IMG/VR virus record: IMGVR_UViG_3300021399_000098
Length of the DNA stretch: 64,000 nt
Source: a virus
Lineage: Duplodnaviria; Caudoviricetes
Direction: 5' to 3' (one strand)
Shown here: piece after piece, positions 1-10,563 of the stretch
Position numbering within the stretch: the stretch's first letter is position 1
Layout of the letters: the number at the start of each line of letters is the position of its first letter
Position numbers and translations under genes: made by a program
Notes under the pieces: generated by a model
What the model was told of the DNA's origin: nothing
Databases searched by the model: none
The model's input: the letters and a program-made list of their open reading frames with translations, nothing else

Positions 1-3000
1 TTTGCAAACATAGGCATCACACCAATTCCTTCAGGATTTAAATCCCATTGAGGTGTTTCATATTGTATGCTCATGCTGTTAATTATAATCTTTGTATAGA
101 AGAAGTCACCCAATCTTAACACACATACTGGAGGTCTTCCAAATGCTAGGTTATAGGCTGTTCCAGTTGAACGTTCATCACTTCCAACAGTAGAACCTTG
201 TCTAGTACATTGATGCAAGAAAGTAAGTCTCGCATTAAATCCTTCAGGAGATACTGAATGGAAAGCTGGGTCAAAATACTTAATCTTATCAGTTATCAAC
301 TGATGCATAAATGGGTCGTTCTTTTCAAGTAACTCAAAAAACTCACCTTCATTGTCATACCTTTCAACAACTTTAGGTTCACTTACAGTTATTCCTAATT
401 TCAAAAAAGAATCATCATAATCATCCCATGCATACCTATCAATGTAATTCTTTCCAGTGAACTTTGAAATATCTTGGAAAGTAGCTGTCCAAGGGTCAAT
501 TTCCCTTTCATATTTTATTTGCCCATTTGGAAGAATAACTTGTTTAAACTGCCCATGCTCTTCCATCACTTTCTGCCCTTCTTCAGAATGTTCCAACCAA
601 TCCTTAACCGTTAAATAAGGCTTTTCAGAAGATTTTTTCTCTGGGAATGTTATTGCTGGAACTGTTGTGGCATCAATTGCTTTTTGAACAACCGTTTGTC
701 CTTCAGGTGTATTTGTCAACCAATTATTTATTACCCCATGAAGTCCTCCAGTACCATTTGTGCTGACTTTATCAACATTTTCACGAACTGGCTCTGCCGT
801 TGCAGCATCTTCAATCTTGGTAAAATCATATTCTATGACCAAAGCAGCACAACGCCATTCCTTAGATGTCAATTCATTATCACCACCAACGTCAACTCTG
901 TCTTTAGAATCATAAACGTCTGATGTTGCAGAAATTGTTACTCCTGGTAAGAAATTCTTTGATGCTAGCCAATTCTTAAACGTTGCTGCTCTGTTTTTTG
1001 CCAATCTTTCATTGGAACACAATCTTCCTTGTTTAGATGCCAAACCGACTATCTTAGCACTTACAATGCTTACTTCTTCGGTATTTGCCAAGTCTTTTAT
1101 AATGGTTGCCACATTTTCATCATAAGAACCTTCAGGCAAGACTGCCTTTCCCTTATCTCCTTCCAATGCCATGAACAATTCAGCAAAGCTACACATCCAT
1201 TGTTCTGTGTCTTCAGGGTCAAAGCCTATTTTTTCACATAACTTAGCATTTTCAAGAACTTGGTAATATCCTGAACCATTAAGTTTATAAGATTTGGTAT
1301 CTATATAGCTGTCAAAATGATTGAATACTTGCGTTTCAAAATCTTTATCAACTCTGTAATAGTATCTTCTATGAAGCCATGACTTAGTGTAAGCCCTTTG
1401 TTTTCCAGCAGCACTTTGGCATCCTCCTCTACATTTTTTCTCTTGGGCAGATACGTTTTGACAATTACCTATTATCTTAACCAAATCATAAGAATTAGAA
1501 CCATAAGTAGCAGTGTATTTAGAACCACTTGCATCTGTCAAATACTGTGAGTTATCTGTACTTCCTTCTACAAACGTACTGTTAATTGCGTTAGTATTTA
1601 ACACCTCTGTTGTAATTGATACACCGTGTTCTCCCAATTCATATCCATTATAGGTAGTTCCGTTTACTGTTGCATTACCCATTATATCCAAAGTGTTAAT
1701 GTCAGTTGTTTTCTTTGTTGTAGGGTCATAATACTTTTGAGTACCGACACCAGTCATTAGATAGTAAATTGCATTAACATTGGCACTATTTGAATCCTTT
1801 ATAGGGGCATCATCTGCTCCACTATAGTTGTTAGGATAATAAAGCACACAGCAGAACTTTTTCCTGATTGGGCCTTGCTTGTGCACCTCTGTTGGAGGTG
1901 GGTTGTTAATCACAGGAGTCACTGGAACAGGAGGGTCTTTCGTATCTTTTGGTGGCTCGTTAGTCCTCAACTTAAATTCTTGAGGCTTTGCTGAAAGAAT
2001 GTCACAACCTGCGAAGAAACGCAATAACGTATTCTCTTGGTTGTATATTTCATCAACACCTCCACCATTTCCTGGAAGCAACGTCTTACCCTTGTTCTTC
2101 ATTCCATTTCGTTTATGACCTGTCCAATAATCGAGTATTGATGGATGGTCTATAAGAAGCGTAAATGATAAATTACCACTTCTTTCTGTATTTGTATATG
2201 TGTAAACACTTTCTCCTCTACCAATGAATTGGTTTTGATTCCAGTTAACTCTTACATCTTCACTAAATGACAAATCATATGGTGGAAACCACATAATACG
2301 TCCACCAAGAGGGCCTTTTTGCTCTGGTGACAAGCCCATTTGGTCGTATTGGTCTTGAATTATATTGTTTTCCTTCCAAGCCAAGTTCTCCAAAGAGAAC
2401 ATACATTTTTTAATCGTTACTTGTTCGCTTTCCTTGTGTTCGAAATAATCCTTAATCTTGGCCGTTGGAGCAATGTTTACCAATCCATTCCTATAGTTCA
2501 ATACACCATATGTATCTAGTCTTTCACTACCACCCTTAAAACCATACTCCTTATTTTCTTTTGTCTTGAATCCAACAGTATCATATTTAACTTGACCTCT
2601 TAACTCTTCTTTCTCAAGGTCTAACTGTGACTCGACTTCAAAAGGTCTTATAGCCCTAGCCATTTGGTTGTACTGATGATGATATGTCCAAACCCTACAA
2701 TATGGGTTTTCATATCCGTTTTCGACTGTCTCTTTGGTCTTTAACAAATTTCTACCATGAGACATACCGTATTTTTCAGTCAACGCGGTCTGGGTGATGT
2801 TATCCCTAGCCTTTGAATCCATAGAATCTGTATGGAATCTAGCAACAAGGGTCTTGTATTTTCCGTTGTGGAAATTCATGTTCGTCTTCCTCAACATATC
2901 TGAGGTTGACATAGTATTGGCAAAACTGCTTATACCACCGAAATTAATTCCAGGATTTGCATCATCAATGTCATAGGAAGTAGGTATTTCAATGCTACTT

Positions 3001-3443
3001 GCAACGCCATCTTTAGGTGATTCTGCATATGATTTGAGTATGTTTCTGCTTGAAGTGCTCTCCAATTCAAACTCAGGTTCCCAATGACCTAAGAAATTCC
3101 TATTATCTTCCTCTGGATTTGCAAACTTTACAGTAGGTCTCTCCTTGTAGAACGTGAACTTAGGTATATCATAGTTATGATTTATGACGTTTGTACCTTG
3201 GTTATAGTTCCTTCTTACATGGTCAAAAATGAAAAGATAATCTTTACCTAAAAGGCTTATCGGTTCACGACCCAATGACTGGACAATAAACATAATATCC
3301 TCATACGAGTTATTCATGCCAATAGTTCTTGATATAAAGTCACTACTAGCAAGTAAGTCTGATGTTGCATTAACCAATGAATCTGGCATCGACTTACCAT
3401 AACTTGATATTGATTGTCCTAATTTTTTTATAGCGTTTGCCAT
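1..3443 (-). CDS. Large baseplate/tail-tube-initiator-like structural protein with a possible OmpA-like insert; runs off the window, so it is absent from the ORF track
   Basis: ATG at 3443 (MANAIKKLGQSISS...). The frame at the window edge matches (...WDLNPEGIGVMPMFA). Motifs read by hand: GGRIMWFPPYDLSFSEDVRVNWNQNQFIGRGESVYTY, FGRPPVCVLRLGDFFYTKIII and an OmpA-like segment VGLASKQG...NERLAKNRA. Lies directly downstream of the tape measure gene. Confidence 0.65.
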   Translation of the reverse strand, partial: MANAIKKLGQSISSYGKSMPDSLVNATSDLLASSDFISRTIGMNNSYEDIMFIVQSLGREPISLLGKDYLFIFDHVRRNYNQGTNVINHNYDIPKFTFYKERPTVKFANPEEDNRNFLGHWEPEFELESTSSRNILKSYAESPKDGVASSIEIPTSYDIDDANPGINFGGISSFANTMSTSDMLRKTNMNFHNGKYKTLVARFHTDSMDSKARDNITQTALTEKYGMSHGRNLLKTKETVENGYENPYCRVWTYHHQYNQMARAIRPFEVESQLDLEKEELRGQVKYDTVGFKTKENKEYGFKGGSERLDTYGVLNYRNGLVNIAPTAKIKDYFEHKESEQVTIKKCMFSLENLAWKENNIIQDQYDQMGLSPEQKGPLGGRIMWFPPYDLSFSEDVRVNWNQNQFIGRGESVYTYTNTERSGNLSFTLLIDHPSILDYWTGHKRNGMKNKGKTLLPGNGGGVDEIYNQENTLLRFFAGCDILSAKPQEFKLRTNEPPKDTKDPPVPVTPVINNPPPTEVHKQGPIRKKFCCVLYYPNNYSGADDAPIKDSNSANVNAIYYLMTGVGTQKYYDPTTKKTTDINTLDIMGNATVNGTTYNGYELGEHGVSITTEVLNTNAINSTFVEGSTDNSQYLTDASGSKYTATYGSNSYDLVKIIGNCQNVSAQEKKCRGGCQSAAGKQRAYTKSWLHRRYYYRVDKDFETQVFNHFDSYIDTKSYKLNGSGYYQVLENAKLCEKIGFDPEDTEQWMCSFAELFMALEGDKGKAVLPEGSYDENVATIIKDLANTEEVSIVSAKIVGLASKQGRLCSNERLAKNRAATFKNWLASKNFLPGVTISATSDVYDSKDRVDVGGDNELTSKEWRCAALVIEYDFTKIEDAATAEPVRENVDKVSTNGTGGLHGVINNWLTNTPEGQTVVQKAIDATTVPAITFPEKKSSEKPYLTVKDWLEHSEEGQKVMEEHGQFKQVILPNGQIKYEREIDPWTATFQDISKFTGKNYIDRYAWDDYDDSFLKLGITVSEPKVVERYDNEGEFFELLEKNDPFMHQLITDKIKYFDPAFHSVSPEGFNARLTFLHQCTRQGSTVGSDERSTGTAYNLAFGRPPVCVLRLGDFFYTKIIINSMSIQYETPQWDLNPEGIGVMPMFA

Positions 3444-3488
3444 ATATTAAAATATAATTTTTATAACCTTTTATTAAATAGTAAATGT

Positions 3489-6400
3489 TTATCTTCTACC
3501 CCACAAAGCAGTCTGTGATGGCAAGCCACGCATCTGTGCAGTATCATTCATGAATCTACCTCCGTTCACGTCATTGTTCATAGATGTCTTGATTATTTCC
3601 TTCAATGAAGAAATGAACTGTGAATCGTTCAATAGTTTTGAAATCTCTAACTCACGGCTAGAATTACCTGCATCTAACTTAATTGTACCATTTATCTTAA
3701 CGTTAATATCGTTTACTGTTATTTGGTTGCCGTTAACATTAGATACTTCAGTACCCCTAGGCTCATATATATACTCTCTTTCGCCAACTGGTTTAGCAAT
3801 AACATCATTAGTGTTGGTCAATATACTTGAAGCAACACTACTAACTAGGTCAGCACTATTTTGTATAGACTTAGCAACATCTGATGAACCACCTCCGAAT
3901 AGTCCAGTAATACCATTCCAAACTCCACTGACTGCACTTGAGAATGTGCTTATTATATCATTACCGAACAAACTGTTAATCAATGAACTTGGTAAACCCT
4001 CAATTAAGCCGAACAGCTTGGATTGTTGGTCAGGATTCAAGACCATTTCGCCACTGTTAACCCTGATTAAGACGTTATCACCTTCAGTTTGGTTTCCTCC
4101 AACAACACCGCCTTTGCTGAACAATCCGAATCCACTAGATATAAAATCCCATGCGCCACTAGCAGCATCGCTAACAGTTCCAGTTGTCCAATCCCAAGCA
4201 TCACCAATTGCATCGCCAATACCACCAAAGAAATCTCCAATACCACTGAATACGCTTGTTGCTATATCACCAATACCATCCCACATATTTGTTGCAACAT
4301 CAGTAATAGTGCCCAAAACGCCACCTGCGACATCCCTAATACCATCCCAAACACCAGTAGCAACAGAACTAATACCATTCCAAACACCAGTAGCAACAGA
4401 ACTAATACCATTCAAAACACCACTTGCGACATCACCAATACCATCCCAAACACCTTCAGCGACAGCTCCGATACCGTTAAACAGTCCTTTACCCATTGTT
4501 AGCAAACCACCGCCAATGTCACCCTTAAGCATTTGTCCAAATCCATCAACAACACCAGTACCAACTTTTCCGATACCATCCCAAACGCCCTTGGCAATAT
4601 CACCAACAGCAGAGGCAGCACCTCCAAGTACATCGCCAACGCCATTTGCAATGCCACCTACGACATCACCTACACCGTCAACGATACCTGCGCCAGCTTG
4701 TCCAAATACGCCTTCAGCAAAATCTCTTACTGGACCGTTCCAAGTATCTTTAATGAAATCAGTAGTTTCTTGCCAATGTTTACCGACAAATCCACCTACT
4801 TCACTGCCAAGCCAAACGCCTGCGGCTGTGCCAATAGGACCTAAAAGGCTACCCAAAGCGCCACCTGCAATAGCACCTACAGATTCACCAATAGCCTCGT
4901 TCTTGTTATTGGTAGCCTCCTTCATTGTGTCGTTATACTCTTGCTGAGTGATTTGTCCACCAGCCAACTGTGCATCAAGGTCTTTCTTAGTGTCTTTAAA
5001 ATCATTCATTCCAAGACCAGCACCTAATACAGACATTACTATACCAAGAGCACCTGCACTCTTTGCTGCCTTGGTGAATTTAAGCATATTTGTAGCTTGT
5101 AAGCTCTTTGCTCCATTGCCACCGACATTACCCATTATCTTGCCAGTAGCAGTGTTCATGATTTTTTGAGTACCATTAGCACCCTTAATCACTTTAGGAG
5201 CTTTCGTTGCACGTCTTAATGATGCTAATCTACCATTACCACTAGCTCTAAGTTCTCTATAGTTACCTTTGACATACCTTCCATATGAAACTACGCCACT
5301 ATTAGTAACTCTTCCTTTAGCTTTTGCTAATAGAGACCTACCACCTGAATTTTTAGCACCTTTAAACAAAGACCTACCACCTTTAACAGCAGCACGTCCA
5401 ACTCTAGCGCCACCTCCGAATAGTCCTCTTATTAAGCCAAAACCACCTCTAAATAATCCAATAATGTTGCCTAGCATACCAAGTATCTTTGTACCTGCGT
5501 AGATAAGCAAGAACCATTTGAAATTATCCAATATGAAGCTTAAGAAATTACTAATTCCCTCTATTAATTTTGTAATAAATCCTGTGTTACTTTTGATGAA
5601 AGTTATAACATCATTAACAGCCGCAGCAGCTTTTTGGCCTAAATTTTCAGCTTGTTCAATGATGGTAGGAGCAAATGTTTCAATTAACTCCATAATCTTA
5701 GGCAACTCTGCGTTCATGCTCTTTGCCAACGATGCAATTGATGATGTCTCTAGACCTTCTAACTTTTCGTTTATAGAGGTCAACTGCATTGCTTGGTCTC
5801 GCATGATTTGCTCATCGGACTTATTCTCCATTGACATCATCTGGTCTAACTGTCCGTTTTGAACAAGTGTGTCAACGTCTTGCTCCTTACCGTTCATGTC
5901 AGTCATCTTGAGCCTACCATCTTCACCTATATACGATGAATTGATGATGTAGTCTTCTTGCTGTTTGCTGTATCCTCTGCTCCTGATTTCTGCACCAAAC
6001 TGAGACTCCTTGTAATTTACCTCTGCTGTTTTTTTAGCAATCGACATTGCCTCGTCCATACTGATGCCCATCGCTTCGGCAATGCTCTTAACAAAGTCAC
6101 GGTTCATTCCGTTGACGTTTGCCATACCAGTTTTAGCATCAAATGTCGCGTAGCCGCCAAGTGTCTTGGTCATTCTTTCTGTAAATGCCTCTGGGTCATA
6201 ATTTGCCTCATATGACATTAGAAGAGGGTTAGAACCGTATGCGCCAGCAGCACCACCAAGCATCTGCAACTGTGCGGAATGCTCAATAGCCTTATCAAGC
6301 TCCATGAAGTTGCTAGCAGCTTGTTCTACTGATTGTAGGTTAAATCCAAGTTTCTCTGACAAAGCCGTCATCCTAATGATTCCATTGACACCATCACGGA

Positions 6401-6935
6401 ATGATAGTTTGTTTGCCAATGAAAGGTTTTTGGCAACCTTATCGCTGAACTGAGCAGCATTAAGGCCACTTTTAGCGGCAGTTGCGTATGCCTTTGAAAC
6501 AGCACCTTCAACAGTCCTTAATTGGCCACCCAAAGATGTCATTATGGTGCTAGTGAACTGTTTTGCTACACTAGAACCTACGAGCTTGTTAATCTGAACA
6601 AATTTCTCAGCATCAACATCATTGAGCATTACAGCCTTTCCACTTGCTTCTGCTAGGTTGGCTTGAAGTTCTTTAACTGCTTCTACTGATAGACCATAAG
6701 TAATGGCTAGTCTCTGTGCCCTTTCGGTAAGGACATTGGTATATGCTTGGGCTTGCTGTAAGGACATACCCATCCCTCTAGCAAACTCAATACCAGCCTT
6801 GTGGTATTCCATCATACCACCCATAGCTTGTTTTATAAGACTTGAAGCAGCACCGAAGCCTCCACTTAATACGTTAAAAAGCACATTTCCTATACCAGCT
6901 AAAGTACCGCCCAAAAAACTTAAAATACTGCCCAT
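3489..6935 (-). CDS. Tail tape measure protein
   Basis: 1148 aa, Ala/Gly-rich and helical, with 11-aa periodic repeats (VATGVWNGISS) and hydrophobic segments; located in the tail module. Confidence 0.85.
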   Translation of the reverse strand: MGSILSFLGGTLAGIGNVLFNVLSGGFGAASSLIKQAMGGMMEYHKAGIEFARGMGMSLQQAQAYTNVLTERAQRLAITYGLSVEAVKELQANLAEASGKAVMLNDVDAEKFVQINKLVGSSVAKQFTSTIMTSLGGQLRTVEGAVSKAYATAAKSGLNAAQFSDKVAKNLSLANKLSFRDGVNGIIRMTALSEKLGFNLQSVEQAASNFMELDKAIEHSAQLQMLGGAAGAYGSNPLLMSYEANYDPEAFTERMTKTLGGYATFDAKTGMANVNGMNRDFVKSIAEAMGISMDEAMSIAKKTAEVNYKESQFGAEIRSRGYSKQQEDYIINSSYIGEDGRLKMTDMNGKEQDVDTLVQNGQLDQMMSMENKSDEQIMRDQAMQLTSINEKLEGLETSSIASLAKSMNAELPKIMELIETFAPTIIEQAENLGQKAAAAVNDVITFIKSNTGFITKLIEGISNFLSFILDNFKWFLLIYAGTKILGMLGNIIGLFRGGFGLIRGLFGGGARVGRAAVKGGRSLFKGAKNSGGRSLLAKAKGRVTNSGVVSYGRYVKGNYRELRASGNGRLASLRRATKAPKVIKGANGTQKIMNTATGKIMGNVGGNGAKSLQATNMLKFTKAAKSAGALGIVMSVLGAGLGMNDFKDTKKDLDAQLAGGQITQQEYNDTMKEATNNKNEAIGESVGAIAGGALGSLLGPIGTAAGVWLGSEVGGFVGKHWQETTDFIKDTWNGPVRDFAEGVFGQAGAGIVDGVGDVVGGIANGVGDVLGGAASAVGDIAKGVWDGIGKVGTGVVDGFGQMLKGDIGGGLLTMGKGLFNGIGAVAEGVWDGIGDVASGVLNGISSVATGVWNGISSVATGVWDGIRDVAGGVLGTITDVATNMWDGIGDIATSVFSGIGDFFGGIGDAIGDAWDWTTGTVSDAASGAWDFISSGFGLFSKGGVVGGNQTEGDNVLIRVNSGEMVLNPDQQSKLFGLIEGLPSSLINSLFGNDIISTFSSAVSGVWNGITGLFGGGSSDVAKSIQNSADLVSSVASSILTNTNDVIAKPVGEREYIYEPRGTEVSNVNGNQITVNDINVKINGTIKLDAGNSSRELEISKLLNDSQFISSLKEIIKTSMNNDVNGGRFMNDTAQMRGLPSQTALWGRR
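4347..4412. repeat. Perfect 33-nt tandem duplication inside the tape measure gene (one 11-aa unit)
   Basis: ccaaacaccagtagcaacagaactaataccatt at 4347-4379 and 4380-4412. Confidence 0.95.
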
Positions 6936-6956
6936 TATATCTCAGTCAAATTTTTA

Positions 6957-6964
6957 TATAAATA
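6957..6964 (-). promoter_or_regulatory. Candidate phage late promoter TATTTATA (sense strand) upstream of the tape measure gene
   Basis: The same motif, in sense orientation, recurs upstream of many structural genes. Confidence 0.55.
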
Positions 6965-7017
6965 GCTAAATTATGTTTTTTTAACATTTAATGTTTCGTC
7001 AAAATAAAAAAAAATCG

Positions 7018-7027
7018 TATATTTGCA
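7018..7027 (+). promoter_or_regulatory. Bacteroidota-type -7 promoter element TAnnTTTG(CA)
   Basis: TATATTTGCA. Also present at 12844, 17599, 19248, 40447, 44713 (+) and 15149, 20945 (-). Confidence 0.7.
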
Positions 7028-7052
7028 ATGTAAACAATTAAAATGCAAAAAA

Positions 7053-7205
7053 ATGAAAGAGTCAAGAAGAGTATTTTATGAGATTTTTCCTAAGTTCATC
7101 TACGAATTTAGCTCAGTCAAAAGTTTCGTTTGGTTCATAATCGGACAAATCTTTGGGGGAATCTTAACATTGGGCTTAATTATTTGGTTTTTTTGGCCTG
7201 ACTGA
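7053..7205 (+). CDS. Small membrane protein
   Basis: Hydrophobic C-terminus (FVWFIIGQIFGGILTLGLIIWFFW); start refined to the ATG at 7053, downstream of the promoter. Confidence 0.5.
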   Translation: MKESRRVFYEIFPKFIYEFSSVKSFVWFIIGQIFGGILTLGLIIWFFWPD

Positions 7206-7225
7206 TATTTATTTAAAAAATAAAT

Positions 7226-7684
7226 ATGGAATTAACTGAAGAGTACCTTCATAAAGTGATTATGGAGTCTATTGGCGTTGTGCCAAACATATATAACGTT
7301 ATGTGGCTTTTCAACGAATATAACAATGCTTATTTCGATGGAGAGCTGCCCCTTCCTAGGTTTGTACTAGACCACGATAGAAGGTCACTAGGGGAATTCA
7401 GATGCTACTTTGATGAGTATGGTGAGGTTGATGACCCAGAAATTATGATAAGTGACTGTTATGAGTACACCGAAGAAAAGCTAAGAGACGTTTTAGTTCA
7501 TGAAATGATTCACTACTATTTAGCCTATACACAAGAAGACATTCGTATAAGTCACGGAAGTGCATTTCAAAGGATGGCCAATGACTTTAATTCAAGATAT
7601 GGAATGAACATAACAAAAACCGTAGATGTAACTGGTATGGGAACAGTAAAATACGGCAATTGGTTTACTAGAATGTTTCAGTAA
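7226..7684 (+). CDS. SprT-like zinc metalloprotease with a degenerate N-terminal LTE...IMES tag
   Basis: YNNAYFDGELP, VLVHEMIHY (HExxH), HGSAFQRMA. Confidence 0.85.
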   Translation: MELTEEYLHKVIMESIGVVPNIYNVMWLFNEYNNAYFDGELPLPRFVLDHDRRSLGEFRCYFDEYGEVDDPEIMISDCYEYTEEKLRDVLVHEMIHYYLAYTQEDIRISHGSAFQRMANDFNSRYGMNITKTVDVTGMGTVKYGNWFTRMFQ

Positions 7685-7697
7685 TAACAATTTAACA

Positions 7698-8363
7698 ATG
7701 GAAAAACAAATGGTAAATATAGACAAAATCATAACGGAAGTAATTAACAACAACGTAAACAACAACATATTTACGACTTTACAAGCGCACATCAATCCAA
7801 GTGGAAATAATAACTTATTAACTTGGATGAATTACTTGAAAAACGCCTTTATGAGTAACTCAAATTCTCAAGAAATAAATACGTTCTTGATGGAGCTTTA
7901 CAATTTCACAAATATGTTGGTTCAAGCGATACAAAGATGTGTCGCTAGGCAAAGTCTTAATGAAGCATTTTATGGGTCTTATGGCGGCTTTGACTTGGGT
8001 CAGTATGGAATGAAAACCCCATCCATCATAGGTCAAACCGCTAATGCATTTATGAATGGCTTCAACGGCCCTAGTTTAGCAGACAGAATACAAAGGCTTA
8101 GAGACAAATTCAGTGACAGACAGTCAAACACGCCACAGCAGCAAGGAAGGGGGCAAGGTAGGAGTTTTGTTCCACCAAAAAATACAAAACTACAAGTAAT
8201 ACTAACACAATATTTCCCACTTGTGCAAAGGAAATACAATGAATTGAATAGGAAATACAACAATGCGGTGGCACTTTTAAATCCTAGCTCACCACAATAC
8301 ATAATCGGAGAAGTGAATCAAATTATATCAGAATTAGGAAACGCTCAAAGGAATACCCCTTGA
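7698..8363 (+). CDS. Hypothetical protein
   Basis: 221-aa ORF followed by a hairpin terminator. Confidence 0.7.
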   Translation: MEKQMVNIDKIITEVINNNVNNNIFTTLQAHINPSGNNNLLTWMNYLKNAFMSNSNSQEINTFLMELYNFTNMLVQAIQRCVARQSLNEAFYGSYGGFDLGQYGMKTPSIIGQTANAFMNGFNGPSLADRIQRLRDKFSDRQSNTPQQQGRGQGRSFVPPKNTKLQVILTQYFPLVQRKYNELNRKYNNAVALLNPSSPQYIIGEVNQIISELGNAQRNTP

Positions 8364-8370
8364 GCGTTTC
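8338..8370. terminator. Hairpin terminator between convergent genes
   Basis: gaaacgctcaa...ttgagcgtttc, 11-bp stem. Confidence 0.6.
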
Positions 8371-8375
8371 TTTAA

Positions 8376-8621
8376 TTATAGCAGTTCATCTAATGCATCA
8401 TCACCAGTTAAACCTTGGCTTAAATTAGTGAATGAAGAAATATTCGTTGTAGATTTGGATGAAGTGTTGTTCAATGCGTTATTTTTTGCTTCCATGTATT
8501 CATTATACTTGTGGATATAATACTTTCTATCCCTTATTGGCATTTTATTCAAAACATCGAATGGTATTTTGATAAAATTATGACAAGCGAACAACTCATC
8601 CTTAAGGTTTTGCTCATACAT
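8376..8621 (-). CDS. Baseplate hub assembly / tail chaperone protein (T4 gp51-like)
   Basis: MYEQNLKDELFACHNFIKIPFDVLNKMPIRDRKYYI; ATG overlaps the stop of the upstream gene. Confidence 0.55.
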   Translation of the reverse strand: MYEQNLKDELFACHNFIKIPFDVLNKMPIRDRKYYIHKYNEYMEAKNNALNNTSSKSTTNISSFTNLSQGLTGDDALDELL

Positions 8622-9930
8622 CGGAGATATTGAGGAAAACAGAATCGTCCCAGTTAAGAAAGGTGCTGAATGAGCCACCTCCTAGACTCTCAGGTCTTTC
8701 AACCTCTATGTTGAAATCAATTCCAGGTTTGTTATCATTTATGTACTTTCTTAACATCATTGAATCCCTAGCTGGCATCGTGTTAATGTACTTTCTAATG
8801 TAATCCCTATCATAGTTTCCATTAACTGCCACTATTTGAAGCTGCATGCTGTTTGTCATAAGTCTTGCAAACTCAGATGTATTTACGTCCTTAAGTTTCT
8901 TAATCCAGTTTTGCATTGCCTTTGTTGCCATTCTAATCGTCTTTTTGTCGTTCTCAGACAAATACTTGTCATTTGCAATAGCACCTAGCAATGTTTCCCT
9001 TTCCCTTTCCAACATGTGAGCCTTAACTCCATATCCTTCCATTTCAGTGACCTTCTTAAGCTGCCTCTCTTGTTTCCTTGTTAGATAGCGGAACTTAATC
9101 TTGTCCTTCTTGATTGGAGTTGTGTATTCAAAATGGCCATTTTCATCAGCAACTAGAGTGAAGTTCTTTGGCTTCAAAGTTGTAAGGTCAACAGTTGTTT
9201 CAATCTGCTCTCCAGTCTCAGGGTCTTTAACCACAATTGGGAAATCTGGACCGTAGCTAGTAGCCCTCAAATACAAAGTTACAGCATCAGCATCGCCACT
9301 AACCAAATCTTCGGCTTTAATATCACCACCAATTATCTTATTCTTAAGCAAATAATCAATGACGATTCCATCTTTATATAGGTTAGGTGACGTAATGATG
9401 TTTTCGTCATATGCGGTTAGATAAGCAACTGAAACCCTATCTACTTTGTTCTTATAAGGTTCACCGTTACTTGGCAATTGGATTACGTCATATGCCAAGT
9501 CAGTGCTTGTGTTAAACACGGTGTCACTTACCACAACATTGTCTCTAGGAGAATCATCCTCATCCTCATCATCTAGTTCTGCAACAGTATTATTCTGCTT
9601 TTCAACTACCGCTAGTTCGCTCTCCTTTTCGTCAAAATTCTTGTGCTCCTCCAATATGTCAAATATTGACATATCCGTATCAAACAAATTGACTTGTTCA
9701 ATAGTCTTTTTGTTATTAGATACCAAAGATGTCTTTCTTCCACCCAATACAGTAGAATCAATGCTGTTGATGTGGTCGATAACCTCTTGCTGTGCCCTTT
9801 CAATCTGCTTCACAGAAACCTTGTTTCCTTTCTGTTCAGCTTCTTTCTTAGTTTTTTCTAGCATTTCATTATTTGCCAAGAGAGTCTTTATTTCATTCTC
9901 TTGCTCCTCAGTAAGTTTTTTCTTTGCCAT
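8614..9930 (-). CDS. Baseplate hub subunit / tail assembly chaperone (T4 gp26-like)
   Basis: YDVIQLPSNG, YLTAYDENIITSPNL, GDADAVTLYLRATSYG, MPARDSMMLRKYI; upstream of the tape measure gene. Confidence 0.65.
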   Translation of the reverse strand: MAKKKLTEEQENEIKTLLANNEMLEKTKKEAEQKGNKVSVKQIERAQQEVIDHINSIDSTVLGGRKTSLVSNNKKTIEQVNLFDTDMSIFDILEEHKNFDEKESELAVVEKQNNTVAELDDEDEDDSPRDNVVVSDTVFNTSTDLAYDVIQLPSNGEPYKNKVDRVSVAYLTAYDENIITSPNLYKDGIVIDYLLKNKIIGGDIKAEDLVSGDADAVTLYLRATSYGPDFPIVVKDPETGEQIETTVDLTTLKPKNFTLVADENGHFEYTTPIKKDKIKFRYLTRKQERQLKKVTEMEGYGVKAHMLERERETLLGAIANDKYLSENDKKTIRMATKAMQNWIKKLKDVNTSEFARLMTNSMQLQIVAVNGNYDRDYIRKYINTMPARDSMMLRKYINDNKPGIDFNIEVERPESLGGGSFSTFLNWDDSVFLNISDV

Positions 9931-9933
9931 AAC

Positions 9934-10551
9934 TTAAATATTATCTATTAATCTTATTTTCTCAATGAAAACTATTAGTGTGCCGTCCTCAAGAATGTCC
10001 ATTATTTTGCAGTTCTCTAAAATGGCGTATATATCTTCATTAGCATTGTTCTTAAAATGCATCTTTAAGTTTCTCTTAGGTTCGTTAACCCAAGTCCATT
10101 CCTCACCCTTAAAGTCTTTGTATTGGTTTATCCCATTATGTTCTTTCATCCAGAGCGAAACTTCAGTTTCAAATTCCTCTTCGCTAGAATCCATGTCGAA
10201 TTCAATCATTTCCAAAAATGGTTTTTGCTTCGCAAAATGGGTTATTATACCATCTACAGTTTCATCGTTTCCCTTATCATCATACAACGTTCCGTTACAA
10301 CTCGAATAAGCCACTTTATCTTCGCTCTGTTGGCTTTGTGCGCCAAACTTGTATGTTTGCCCATCAGTGCCCATTAAAAGGCTTCCTGAGCCGTTTTTTG
10401 CATCCATAACTGAGTTGAAGACAACGTCCTTGTTTTTGTTGTATTCATTCGACACTGCTTTGATGTACTCTTCCTCATCGTAGTAGTTGTTATCAACGTC
10501 AAAAGCGCCATCGTTATAGTCATAATAAGGTAAATATAGCGTAACTTCCAT
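9934..10551 (-). CDS. Hypothetical acidic protein
   Basis: 205-aa ORF, co-oriented and tightly packed in the operon. Confidence 0.7.
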   Translation of the reverse strand: MEVTLYLPYYDYNDGAFDVDNNYYDEEEYIKAVSNEYNKNKDVVFNSVMDAKNGSGSLLMGTDGQTYKFGAQSQQSEDKVAYSSCNGTLYDDKGNDETVDGIITHFAKQKPFLEMIEFDMDSSEEEFETEVSLWMKEHNGINQYKDFKGEEWTWVNEPKRNLKMHFKNNANEDIYAILENCKIMDILEDGTLIVFIEKIRLIDNI

Positions 10552-10563
10552 GATAAATACTGT

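Noticed and set aside
3550-6969. Long plus-strand ORFs (e.g. 3550..4947) opposite the tape measure gene, and similar ORFs opposite the fibre genes (36388-38128, 50633-55437)
   Set aside because: Antisense shadows of repetitive, codon-biased genes; no recognisable motifs or expression signals
8376-8700. Programmed -1 frameshift joining the two chaperone-like genes upstream of the tape measure gene
   Set aside because: The downstream ORF is in the +1/-2 frame, no XXXYYYZ slippery heptamer is visible, and it has its own ATG overlapping the upstream stop (translational coupling suffices)
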